DNA of 64,000 bases, from NCBI RefSeq assembly GCF_030013595.1, contig NZ_CP122768.1; one strand, 5' to 3'. Source of the DNA: Escherichia coli (GTDB lineage: Bacteria > Pseudomonadota > Gammaproteobacteria > Enterobacterales > Enterobacteriaceae). Below are positions 35,318-45,142 of the stretch, one piece after another (within the stretch, counting starts at the first letter, position 1; each line of letters begins with the position of its first letter). The position numbers and the translations under genes were made by a program. Under the pieces are notes generated by a model. It worked only from the letters and a program-made list of their open reading frames with translations, was not told the origin of the DNA and did no database searches.

Positions 35318-36055
35318 ATGTGGAAAACACTGCATCAACTGGCGATCCCACCACGGCTGTATCAAATCTGTGGCTGGTTTATACCGTGGCTGGCAATTGC
35401 CAGTGTGGTCGTGCTTACCGTCGGCTGGATCTGGGGATTCGGCTTTGCTCCGGCTGATTATCAGCAGGGAAATAGCTACCGCATTATCTACCTGCATGTG
35501 CCTGCGGCGATCTGGTCGATGGGCATTTATGCATCAATGGCGGTGGCGGCTTTTATTGGCCTTGTCTGGCAGATGAAAATGGCCAACCTGGCGGTGGCGG
35601 CGATGGCCCCCATTGGTGCCGTGTTTACCTTTATTGCCCTGGTTACCGGCTCTGCATGGGGAAAACCGATGTGGGGCACCTGGTGGGTATGGGATGCACG
35701 CCTGACTTCTGAACTGGTGCTGCTGTTTCTGTATGTTGGTGTAATTGCCCTGTGGCACGCCTTCGACGACCGCCGTCTGGCGGGCCGTGCGGCAGGTATT
35801 CTGGTGCTGATTGGCGTGGTGAATCTGCCGATTATTCATTACTCCGTGGAGTGGTGGAACACCCTGCATCAGGGATCAACGCGGATGCAGCAAAGTATCG
35901 ATCCGGCGATGCGTTCGCCGCTGCGCTGGTCGATTTTTGGCTTCCTGCTGCTGTCTGCCACGCTGACGCTGATGCGGATGCGTAATTTAATTTTGCTGAT
36001 GGAAAAACGCCGTCCGTGGGTGAGTGAACTGATACTGAAAAGAGGCCGTAAATGA
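35318..36055 (+). CDS. ccmC: heme lyase/exporter subunit CcmC
   Basis: 245 aa counted from MWKTLHQLAIPP. It carries the WWxWD tryptophan-rich motif (WGTWWVWDARL). Confidence 0.95.
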   Translation: MWKTLHQLAIPPRLYQICGWFIPWLAIASVVVLTVGWIWGFGFAPADYQQGNSYRIIYLHVPAAIWSMGIYASMAVAAFIGLVWQMKMANLAVAAMAPIGAVFTFIALVTGSAWGKPMWGTWWVWDARLTSELVLLFLYVGVIALWHAFDDRRLAGRAAGILVLIGVVNLPIIHYSVEWWNTLHQGSTRMQQSIDPAMRSPLRWSIFGFLLLSATLTLMRMRNLILLMEKRRPWVSELILKRGRK

Positions 36056-36261
36056 CCCCTGCATTTGCTTCCTGGAATGAATTTTTCGCAATGGGCGGTT
36101 ACGCCTTTTTTGTCTGGCTGGCGGTGGTGATGACCGTTATTCCGCTGGTGGTTTTGGTCGTGCACTCGGTGATGCAGCATCGCACAATTCTGCGTGGTGT
36201 GGCGCAACAGCGGGCGCGTGAGGCGCGTTTACGTGCTGCGCAACAGCAGGAGGCTGCATGA
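36052..36261 (+). CDS. ccmD: heme exporter protein CcmD
   Basis: 69-aa protein with a single transmembrane helix. It is translationally coupled on both sides. Confidence 0.9.
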
Positions 36262-36737
36262 ATATTCGCCGTAAAAACCGCTTGTGGATTGCCTGTGCTG
36301 TGTTGGCAGGTTTGGCGCTGACCATCGGTCTGGTGCTGTATGCGCTGCGCTCGAATATCGATCTCTTTTATACGCCGGGGGAAATTCTCTACGGCAAGCG
36401 TGAAACTCAGCAGATGCCGGAAGTCGGTCAGCGTCTGCGCGTTGGCGGGATGGTGATGCCGGGTAGCGTGCAGCGCGATCCCAATTCGCTGAAAGTGACC
36501 TTCACCATTTACGATGCTGAAGGCTCAGTGGATGTTTCTTACGAAGGCATTTTGCCGGATCTGTTCCGTGAAGGGCAGGGCGTTGTGGTGCAGGGCGAGC
36601 TGGAAAAAGGCAATCATATCCTCGCGAAAGAAGTGCTGGCGAAACATGATGAAAACTACACGCCGCCAGAAGTTGAGAAAGCGATGGAAGCTAACCACCG
36701 TCGCCCGGCGAGTGTTTATAAGGACCCAGCATCATGA
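36258..36737 (+). CDS. ccmE: heme chaperone CcmE
   Basis: 159 aa with a membrane anchor and the heme-binding His context ([13 protein letters not shown]). Confidence 0.95.
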
Positions 36738-38677
36738 TGCCAGAAATTGGTAACGGGCTGCTGTGCCTGGCGTTAGGGATTGCGCTGCTGCTGTCCGTGT
36801 ATCCGCTATGGGGCGTGGCGCGCGGAGATGCGCGCATGATGGCGTCTTCCCGCTTGTTTGCCTGGCTGCTGTTTATGTCTGTGGCTGGCGCATTTCTGGT
36901 ACTGGTCAATGCCTTCGTGGTCAACGACTTTACCGTCACCTATGTTGCCAGCAACTCCAATACCCAGCTTCCGGTGTGGTATCGCGTGGCGGCTACCTGG
37001 GGCGCGCATGAAGGCTCGCTCCTGCTGTGGGTGCTGCTGATGAGCGGCTGGACCTTTGCGGTGGCGATTTTTAGTCAGCGTATTCCGCTGGATATTGTGG
37101 CCCGTGTATTGGCGATAATGGGGATGGTCAGTGTCGGCTTTTTGCTGTTCATTCTCTTTACCTCTAACCCGTTCTCACGCACGTTGCCGAACTTCCCGAT
37201 TGAAGGTCGCGATCTTAACCCGCTGTTGCAGGATCCGGGCCTGATCTTCCATCCGCCTCTGCTCTATATGGGGTACGTCGGTTTCTCGGTGGCGTTTGCT
37301 TTCGCCATTGCTTCTTTGTTGAGTGGGCGTCTGGACAGCACCTATGCGCGTTTTACCCGCCCGTGGACGCTGGCGGCGTGGATCTTCCTGACGCTCGGCA
37401 TCGTGCTCGGTTCCGCATGGGCCTATTACGAACTCGGCTGGGGTGGCTGGTGGTTCTGGGATCCGGTAGAAAACGCCTCGTTTATGCCGTGGCTGGTGGG
37501 GACTGCGCTGATGCACTCACTGGCGGTCACTGAACAACGCGCCAGCTTCAAAGCGTGGACATTACTGCTGGCAATCAGTGCCTTCTCGTTGTGTCTGTTG
37601 GGGACTTTCCTCGTGCGTTCCGGCGTGCTGGTATCGGTACACGCGTTTGCGTCTGATCCGGCGCGCGGTATGTTTATCCTCGCCTTTATGGTGCTGGTGA
37701 TTGGTGGTTCGCTGCTGCTGTTTGCCGCGCGTGGACACAAAGTTCGCTCACGCGTAAACAATGCGCTGTGGTCGCGGGAATCTCTGCTGTTAGCGAACAA
37801 CGTTTTGCTGGTCGCCGCGATGCTGGTGGTATTACTGGGGACGCTGCTGCCGCTGGTGCACAAGCAACTGGGACTGGGCAGTATTTCGATTGGCGAACCG
37901 TTCTTCAACACCATGTTTACCTGGCTGATGGTGCCGTTTGCGCTGCTGCTTGGTGTCGGTCCTCTGGTGCGCTGGGGGCGCGATCGCCCACGTAAAATCC
38001 GCAATTTATTGATTATCGCCTTCATCTCAACGCTGGTGCTGTCGCTGCTGCTGCCGTGGCTGTTTGAAAGCAAAGTTGTGGCGATGACGGTGCTCGGCCT
38101 GGCAATGGCCTGCTGGATTGCGGTGCTGGCAATTGCGGAAGCTGCGCTGCGTATTTCACGTGGCACGAAAACCACCTTCAGTTATTGGGGAATGGTGGCG
38201 GCTCACCTGGGGCTGGCAGTGACAATTGTTGGTATTGCCTTTAGCCAGAACTATAGCGTTGAGCGTGATGTGCGCATGAAGTCCGGCGATAGTGTCGATA
38301 TTCATGAATATCGCTTCACCTTCCGTGATGTCAAAGAGGTGACTGGCCCGAACTGGCGTGGCGGTGTGGCGACTATCGGCGTAACGCGCGATGGCAAGCC
38401 GGAAACGGTGCTGTATGCGGAAAAACGTTATTACAACACTGCCGGGTCGATGATGACCGAAGCGGCGATTGACGGTGGCATCACGCGTGACCTGTACGCC
38501 GCGCTCGGTGAAGAGCTGGAAAACGGCGCGTGGGCCGTGCGTCTTTACTACAAACCATTTGTTCGCTGGATTTGGGCGGGCGGGCTGATGATGGCGTTGG
38601 GCGGACTGCTGTGTCTGTTTGATCCTCGCTATCGTAAGCGCGTGAGCCCGCAAAAAACTGCGCCGGAGGCTGTATGA
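36734..38677 (+). CDS. ccmF: cytochrome c heme lyase subunit CcmF
   Basis: 647-aa polytopic protein with a W-rich motif ([12 protein letters not shown]). Confidence 0.95.
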
Positions 38678-39231
38678 AGCGCAAAGTATTGTTAATTCCG
38701 TTGATTATCTTCCTGGCGATTGCCGCGGCGCTGCTGTGGCAGCTGGCGCGTAATGCCGAAGGGGATGATCCGACCAATCTGGAATCGGCGCTCATTGGCA
38801 AGCCGGTGCCGAAGTTTCGCCTCGAATCACTGGACAATCCGGGGCAGTTTTATCAGGCGGATGTGCTGACTCAGGGCAAACCAGTGCTGCTTAACGTCTG
38901 GGCGACCTGGTGTCCGACCTGCCGTGCGGAACATCAATATCTGAATCAGCTTTCTGCGCAGGGCATCCGCGTGGTCGGCATGAACTATAAAGACGATCGC
39001 CAGAAGGCAATCAGCTGGCTGAAAGAGCTGGGCAATCCTTACGCGCTAAGCCTGTTTGATGGCGATGGCATGTTAGGGCTGGATCTCGGTGTCTATGGCG
39101 CGCCGGAAACGTTCCTCATCGACGGCAACGGCATCATTCGCTATCGCCATGCGGGCGATCTCAATCCTCGCGTCTGGGAAGAAGAGATCAAGCCGCTATG
39201 GGAGAAATACAGTAAGGAGGCCGCACAATGA
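38674..39231 (+). CDS. ccmG: thiol:disulfide interchange protein CcmG/DsbE
   Basis: 185 aa with the thioredoxin motif WCPTC. Confidence 0.95.
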   Translation: MKRKVLLIPLIIFLAIAAALLWQLARNAEGDDPTNLESALIGKPVPKFRLESLDNPGQFYQADVLTQGKPVLLNVWATWCPTCRAEHQYLNQLSAQGIRVVGMNYKDDRQKAISWLKELGNPYALSLFDGDGMLGLDLGVYGAPETFLIDGNGIIRYRHAGDLNPRVWEEEIKPLWEKYSKEAAQ

Positions 39232-40280
39232 GGTTTTTATTGGGCGTGCTGATGCTGATGATCTCCGGCTCAGCGCTGGCGACCATCGACGTGTTGCAGT
39301 TTAAGGATGAAGCGCAGGAGCAGCAGTTCCGCCAACTCACTGAAGAACTGCGCTGCCCGAAATGCCAGAACAACAGCATTGCCGATTCCAACTCGATGAT
39401 TGCCACCGACCTGCGCCAGAAAGTGTACGAACTGATGCAGGAAGGTAAAAGTAAGAAAGAGATTGTCGATTATATGGTGGCGCGTTACGGCAACTTCGTC
39501 ACTTACGATCCGCCGTTAACGCCGCTGACCGTGCTGCTGTGGGTACTTCCGGTAGTGGCTATTGGCATTGGCGGTTGGGTCATTTACGCCCGTTCGCGGC
39601 GTCGGGTACGCGTGGTGCCGGACGTGTTTCCTGAACAAAGCGTGCCGGAAGGCAAGCGTGCCGGATATGTTGTTTATCTGCCGGGTATTGTGGTGGCGTT
39701 AATTGTGGCTGGCGTCAGCTACTACCAGACGGGCAATTATCAGCAGGTGAAAATCTGGCAGCGGGCCACGGCACAGGCTCCGGCGTTACTGGACAGGGCG
39801 CTGGATCCGAAAGCCGATCCGCTCAACGAAGAAGAGATGTCGCGCCTGGCGCTGGGGATGCGTACTCAACTGCAAAAAAATCCGGGAGATATAGAAGGCT
39901 GGATTATGTTGGGCCGCGTTGGCCTGGCGCTGGGTAACGCCAGTATCGCCACCGATGCATACGCTACTGCGTATCGCCTCGATCCGAAAAACAGCGATGC
40001 TGCACTGGGATACGCTGAAGCGTTGACACGTTCATCTGATCCCAACGACAACCGCCTCGGCGGTGAACTGCTACGTCAGCTGGTGAGAACGGATCATAGT
40101 AATATCCGTGTGTTAAGCATGTATGCGTTTAATGCCTTTGAGCAGCAGCGATTTGGCGAAGCCGTTGCCGCGTGGGAGATGATGTTGAAACTCTTACCTG
40201 CCAACGATACTCGCCGTGCGGTGATTGAACGTAGTATCGCGCAGGCGATGCAACATTTGTCGCCGCAGGAGAGTAAATAA
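39228..40280 (+). CDS. ccmH: cytochrome c maturation protein CcmH (fused CcmH/CcmI type)
   Basis: 350 aa with an LRCPKC motif, transmembrane helices and a TPR-like C-terminal half. Confidence 0.95.
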   Translation: MRFLLGVLMLMISGSALATIDVLQFKDEAQEQQFRQLTEELRCPKCQNNSIADSNSMIATDLRQKVYELMQEGKSKKEIVDYMVARYGNFVTYDPPLTPLTVLLWVLPVVAIGIGGWVIYARSRRRVRVVPDVFPEQSVPEGKRAGYVVYLPGIVVALIVAGVSYYQTGNYQQVKIWQRATAQAPALLDRALDPKADPLNEEEMSRLALGMRTQLQKNPGDIEGWIMLGRVGLALGNASIATDAYATAYRLDPKNSDAALGYAEALTRSSDPNDNRLGGELLRQLVRTDHSNIRVLSMYAFNAFEQQRFGEAVAAWEMMLKLLPANDTRRAVIERSIAQAMQHLSPQESK

Positions 40281-40286
40281 TAAGAG

Positions 40287-40316
40287 GCCCGATGGTGATG
40301 CCATCGGGCTATTTTT
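40287..40316. terminator. bidirectional hairpin terminator between ccmH and narP
   Basis: A GCCCGATGG-tgatg-CCATCGGGC hairpin followed by ATTTTTATT lies in the convergent gap. Confidence 0.7.
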
Positions 40317-40962
40317 ATTGTGCCCCGCGTTGTTGCAGGAACAGAATGGTGGCCGCCACGCGTGAGCGGACATTGAGTTTACGCAGCAGATTGCGAATGT
40401 GTACTTTTACTGTCTGCTCGGAAATATTCAACACCGAGGCAATCTGTTTATTTGACAGCCCCTGTGCCAGCTCGTGCAGAACATCCAGCTCGCGCTCCGT
40501 CAGCACGCTGAAGGGATCTTCTTCTGCTCCAAACATTTCACGTTCACGTAAGTACTGATTGACGCGTTCGCTAAAGACTTTGCTGCCTTTCGCTCCGGCA
40601 CGAATCGCTTCCAGCAACACTTCCGGGTCGCTATCTTTCAACAGATAACCGTCTGCGCCTGCGTCTATCAGCGCAAAGACATCGCTGGAGGCATCTGATA
40701 CGGTCAGGATAATAATTTGCGCGGTAACGCCATCCCTGCGCAAGGCATTGAGGGTATCCAGGCCACTCATACCTTTCATATTGAGATCCAGCAAGATCAC
40801 GTCGATATCCAGTCTATTCGCCAGATCGATCGCGCTCGCGCCGTCGCCCGCTTCGGCGACCACTTCAAAGCCAGGATCAAGCTCCAGTAACTGACGAACA
40901 CCGCGTCGCATAAGTGGATGATCATCCACAATCATCACCTGAAAAGGCGTTGCTTCAGGCAT
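40315..40962 (-). CDS. narP: nitrate/nitrite response regulator NarP
   Basis: 215 aa counted from MPEATPFQVMIVDDHP, an internal Met of the 225-aa ORF. It has a receiver domain plus a LuxR HTH. Confidence 0.95.
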   Translation of the reverse strand: MPEATPFQVMIVDDHPLMRRGVRQLLELDPGFEVVAEAGDGASAIDLANRLDIDVILLDLNMKGMSGLDTLNALRRDGVTAQIIILTVSDASSDVFALIDAGADGYLLKDSDPEVLLEAIRAGAKGSKVFSERVNQYLREREMFGAEEDPFSVLTERELDVLHELAQGLSNKQIASVLNISEQTVKVHIRNLLRKLNVRSRVAATILFLQQRGAQ

Positions 40963-41281
40963 AGTAGTCTCCTGAGGTTTTATTAGAATCATTATGTTTG
41001 AGCGTAGCGTTGGTAACGCTACCAGGCGCGTGAATGTTACCCCATTTTATGTATGGACATGTAGCGAAAACTACAACCTTGTCGTTCGCTTTGGCATCAC
41101 TTTCATTATAAAGACGGAATTTTGCATCAGCTTCTCATCAAGAAAAACAACTAAAAAATCAATCACAATACTTGTGCATTTCTTTAAACAGTTTTTAAAA
41201 ACTGACTCCGGGTATGGAGCTATGGGTATTTTCTCTACCCAATGCTTTTAACAGCAATTAATTTCATAGGATGAAAGCTCA

Positions 41282-43873
41282 ATGCATCAATCTGGTTCTG
41301 TTTCTCTTTGTCGTTCCGCAATATCTGTTCTGGTGGCTACAGCGTTATATTCACCCATAGCATTGGCATCAACAGTTGAGTATGGTGAGACAGTTGATGG
41401 TGTTGTCCTGGAAAAAGATATCCAGCTGGTTTATGGGACCGCCAATAATACGAAAATCAATCCTGGCGGAGAACAGCATATAAAAGAATTTGGTGTAAGT
41501 AGTAATACTGAAATTAACGGAGGGTATCAGTACATTGAAATGAATGGCACCGCAGAATACTCAGTATTAAATGACGGTTATCAAATTGTTCAAATGGGTG
41601 GCGCGGCAAACCAGACTACCCTCAATAATGGTGTGCTACAGGTTTATGGCGCAGCGAATGATACTACCATTAAAGGCGGGCGCTTAATTATTGAAAAAGA
41701 TGGGATTACCGTCTTTGCCGCTATCGAAAAGGGAGGATTACTGGAGGTTAAAGAGGGGGGATTAGCATTTGCGGTAGATCAGAAAGCAGGCGGTGCGATT
41801 AAAACAACCACGCGGGCCATGGAGGTATTCGGAACAAACCGTCTCGGTCAGTTCGATATCAAGGATGGTATTGCTAATAATATGCTGTTGGAAAACGGCG
41901 GAAGTTTGCGAGTTGAAGAAAATGACTTCGCTTATAATACCACTGTGGATAGTGGCGGCTTACTGGAGGTTATGGATGGCGGGACTGCAACTGGCGTTGA
42001 TAAAAAAGCAGGCGGAAAATTAATTGTCTCAACGAATGCGCTGGAAGTGAGTGGTACAAACAGTAAAGGCCAATTTAGTATAAAAGATGGTGTGTCAAAA
42101 AATTATGAACTGGATGATGGTTCCGGGCTCATTGTTATGGAGGACACGCAGGCCATTGATACTATCCTTGATGAGCATGCCACTATGCAATCGCTGGGAA
42201 AGGATACTGGTACGAGAGTGCAGGCAAATGCGGTATATGATCTCGGTCGATCAGATCAGAATGGAAGTATCACGTATTCCTCTAAAGCCATCTCTGAAAA
42301 TATGGTTATCAACAATGGCCGCGCTAATGTCTGGGCTGGCACAATGGTTAACGTTTCAGTCAGAGGGAATGATGGCATTCTTGAGGTCATGAAGCCGCAA
42401 ATAAATTATGCACCCGCTATGTTGGTGGGTAAGGTAGTGGTTTCTGAGGGCGCTTCTTTTAGAACGCATGGTGCCGTGGATACCAGCAAAGCGGATGTTT
42501 CGCTCGAAAATAGCGCATGGACCATCATTGCCGATATCACTACGACGAACCAAAACACTCGCCTCAACTTAGCCAACCTTGCGATGTCTGGCGCAAATGT
42601 GATTATGATGGCTGAGCCAGTGACTCGTTCATCTGTGACGGCAAGTGCGGAAAATTTCACTACGTTGACCACCAATACCCTATCGGGAAACGGCAATTTT
42701 TATATGCGTACTGATATGGCTAATCATCAGAGCGATCAGCTCAACGTGACCGGTCAGGCAACAGGTGATTTCAAAATATTTGTGACGGACACAGGGGCCA
42801 GCCCGGCAGCAGGTGATAGCCTTACACTGGTAACAACGGGCGGCGGTGATGCTGCATTTACGTTGGGCAATGCCGGAGGCGTTGTTGATATCGGTACGTA
42901 TGAATATACCTTGCTGGATAATGGCAACCATAGCTGGAGTCTGGCAGAGAATCGCGCGCAAATTACCCCTTCAACCACTGATGTGCTGAATATGGCGGCA
43001 GCACAACCGCTGGTATTTGATGCAGAACTGGACACCGTGCGTGAGCGTCTTGGTAGCGTAAAAGGCGTTAGTTACGATACGGCGATGTGGAGTTCGGCAA
43101 TTAACACCCGCAACAACGTGACCACTGATGCGGGAGCTGGCTTTGAGCAAACATTGACGGGCCTGACGCTCGGTATCGATAGCCGTTTCTCCCGTGAAGA
43201 AAGCAGTACAATTCGCGGCTTGTTCTTTGGTTACTCTCATTCTGATATTGGTTTTGATCGCGGCGGCAAAGGCAATGTCGATAGCTATACCCTGGGGGCT
43301 TATGCCGGTTGGGAGCATCAGAACGGTGCCTATGTTGATGGGGTGGTGAAAGTTGACCGTTTTGCCAACACCATCCATGGCAAGATGAGTAATGGGGCAA
43401 CAGCGTTTGGCGATTACAATAGTAACGGCGCGGGTGCTCATGTCGAGAGCGGGTTCCGTTGGGTTGACGGATTGTGGAGTGTTAGACCTTATCTGGCCTT
43501 TACCGGCTTTACCACAGATGGTCAGGACTACACGTTATCAAACGGCATGCGTGCGGATGTGGGAAATACCCACATATTACGCGCTGAAGCGGGAACGGCG
43601 GTAAGCTATCACATGGACCTGCAAAACGGTACGACGCTGGAACCCTGGCTGAAAGCCGCCGTACGTCAGGAATACGCCGATTCTAACCAGGTGAAAGTTA
43701 ATGACGATGGCAAATTTAATAATGATGTGGCTGGAACCCGTGGCGTTTATCAGGCTGGGATAAGGTCATCGTTTACCCCGACGTTAAGCGGTCATTTGTC
43801 TGTCAGCTATGGCAATGGCGCAGGGGTAGAATCACCGTGGAATACTCAGGCGGGTGTGGTCTGGTCGTTCTGA
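41282..43873 (+). CDS. yejO: AIDA-type autotransporter adhesin-like protein YejO (uninterrupted)
   Basis: 863 aa with a signal-like N-terminus, Gly/Asn-rich beta-helix repeats and a C-terminal beta-barrel ending ...GVVWSF. Its position next to narP and proL supports the call. Confidence 0.85.
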   Translation: MHQSGSVSLCRSAISVLVATALYSPIALASTVEYGETVDGVVLEKDIQLVYGTANNTKINPGGEQHIKEFGVSSNTEINGGYQYIEMNGTAEYSVLNDGYQIVQMGGAANQTTLNNGVLQVYGAANDTTIKGGRLIIEKDGITVFAAIEKGGLLEVKEGGLAFAVDQKAGGAIKTTTRAMEVFGTNRLGQFDIKDGIANNMLLENGGSLRVEENDFAYNTTVDSGGLLEVMDGGTATGVDKKAGGKLIVSTNALEVSGTNSKGQFSIKDGVSKNYELDDGSGLIVMEDTQAIDTILDEHATMQSLGKDTGTRVQANAVYDLGRSDQNGSITYSSKAISENMVINNGRANVWAGTMVNVSVRGNDGILEVMKPQINYAPAMLVGKVVVSEGASFRTHGAVDTSKADVSLENSAWTIIADITTTNQNTRLNLANLAMSGANVIMMAEPVTRSSVTASAENFTTLTTNTLSGNGNFYMRTDMANHQSDQLNVTGQATGDFKIFVTDTGASPAAGDSLTLVTTGGGDAAFTLGNAGGVVDIGTYEYTLLDNGNHSWSLAENRAQITPSTTDVLNMAAAQPLVFDAELDTVRERLGSVKGVSYDTAMWSSAINTRNNVTTDAGAGFEQTLTGLTLGIDSRFSREESSTIRGLFFGYSHSDIGFDRGGKGNVDSYTLGAYAGWEHQNGAYVDGVVKVDRFANTIHGKMSNGATAFGDYNSNGAGAHVESGFRWVDGLWSVRPYLAFTGFTTDGQDYTLSNGMRADVGNTHILRAEAGTAVSYHMDLQNGTTLEPWLKAAVRQEYADSNQVKVNDDGKFNNDVAGTRGVYQAGIRSSFTPTLSGHLSVSYGNGAGVESPWNTQAGVVWSF

Positions 43874-43933
43874 TAACAGACAATAAACAGGCCGTGATGT
43901 GTCGCGGTCTGTTTATCGAATTAAATGCAGATA

Positions 43934-43966
43934 TAAAAAAACCAACCTTTACGGTTGGTTTTTTTG
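43934..43966 (-). terminator. hairpin terminator, probably the ancestral proL terminator now separated from proL by the island
   Basis: AAAAAAACCAACC-tttac-GGTTGGTTTTTTT sits immediately outside the distal island junction. Read on the minus strand it is a canonical stem followed by a T-run. Confidence 0.6.
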
Positions 43967-43972
43967 GGATTT

Positions 43973-43995
43973 TTGGTCACGAGAGTATTCAAAAC
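43973..43995. repeat. distal att remnant (degenerate copy of the proL 3' end)
   Basis: TTGGTC---ACGAGAGTATTCAAAAC here compares with TTGGTCGGCACGAGAGGATTTGAACC at 54171-54196. GATTT(TT)GGTC is shared at both junctions. Confidence 0.6.
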
Positions 43996-44046
43996 ACGCC
44001 AATAACCTCTTGATTCAATTGAAGTCGAAAATTTTAAGTCAAAAAT

Positions 44047-44072
44047 CGTATAGCTTAACGTGTAGCTAAAAA
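44047..44072. repeat. 26-nt direct repeat (candidate integrase arm-type site), distal copy
   Basis: CGTATAGCTTAACGTGTAGCTAAAAA differs by 1 nt from CGTATAGCTAAACGTGTAGCTAAAAA at 54028-54053. Confidence 0.6.
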
Positions 44073-44622
44073 TGTTTGCTGCAAAAGTATACAATTTTAA
44101 CCGTTATGACTCCCTGTTATCCGTTATCAAGCTGGTGGATGATCATGGATAACCCGTTATGGGAATCCCCATATCGGCATCAGGCCCATGCCATAACAAA
44201 AACCCCATATTCGTGGGTTTTCTGTGTTGTGGCTATTCTGCCGTTGCCGTGCTGGTGGATATTTCCGGTATGTGGCTCACCATATCGGCATCACGCCCAC
44301 CAGCGCGACGCATTTTTTTAATTTCGCGGGTGTAAAAATTTGACGGGGCGGGCGGTCCTATAAGCAATGGGGGGTAGGGATTTCGATCCCCCCTCCTGAA
44401 TGCAATTTTCCGTATGTGGCTGTGCGGCAATCATACTCGTCACATGTTTTTGACAATAAAAGGCCCGACCGTGAGACTCACAAACAAAAAAGTTACGGAG
44501 AAACAGGGGATCGGGCTCGGTTGCCGCTAAATCTATTCAATTAAAAGAAGATGTCAATAGGGAAAACGAAAAAAAACAATGCTGATATTGTCATAATTTG
44601 AACAAAACCACTATATGTAGTT

Positions 44623-44853
44623 TTAGTTCATGAGGTTAGTCGCTACCAGATGCGTCAATAGTTTTTTGCTATTAATAATCCCTCTTTTTCCATCGGGAGC
44701 TTTGCACTTGTCACTACCTGGTAACTCCTGGTGGCGTTCCTGTTGCAGCACAACGGAAACAGGCGCTGAACACCTGTTAATTTTGCTTGCAGGTTGTTTG
44801 ATTTCGGCAATGCTGCGGATCATCTCCAGCATATCGGCTTCGGTGATGGTCAT
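44623..44853 (-). CDS. hypothetical small protein (76 aa)
   Basis: The ORF is preceded by an AAGGTG Shine-Dalgarno 6 nt from the ATG. I recognise no family, and it lies in an otherwise ORF-poor region. Confidence 0.35.
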   Translation of the reverse strand: MTITEADMLEMIRSIAEIKQPASKINRCSAPVSVVLQQERHQELPGSDKCKAPDGKRGIINSKKLLTHLVATNLMN

Positions 44854-44884
44854 GATTTACACCTTAGGAAATCTTAGGGGCTGG

Positions 44885-45142
44885 TTGACACTTTCCGGCT
44901 TAAGACCTTAACAAATCTTAACATCGCAGGTTGACACACTTGACACTTTTTCGCGAAAAACCTTATCAAACCTTAGCATTTCTAAGCATGGCAACTTGAC
45001 ACTTTTCGCGATTTTTTCGGCTTTTTGACGTGGTAAATCTGGCGCAAAGCCAGTAACGGCGGGGTTTACAGCGAGGTTGACACTTTTTCGCGTTCAGAGT
45101 GTAAAGTGTCAACCTGGCAAGCTGCTCAACTTGACACTTTTT
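44885..45142. repeat. iteron array TTGACACTTT(TT)CGCG (at least 6 direct copies plus 1 inverted)
   Basis: Copies start at 44885, 44931, 44940, 44996, 45077 and 45131, with one inverted copy at 45103-45112. They are interspersed with CCTTA(G/A/T) repeats and lie between the Nu1-like gene and the 76-aa ORF. Confidence 0.8.

Noticed and set aside
44369-44393. tRNA-like fragment (GGGGGGTAGGGATTTCGATCCCCCC)
   Set aside because: It superficially resembles a T-arm, but the loop is too short and no acceptor, D or anticodon arms can be built around it. I treat it only as a hairpin within the repeat region.
44076-44430. ORFs 44076-44321 (+, 81 aa) and 44233-44430 (-, 65 aa) in the repeat region
   Set aside because: They have no Shine-Dalgarno signals and overlap each other. 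The Trp/Pro/His-rich translations simply follow the DNA-level tandem duplication, so the region is better explained as non-coding repeats.
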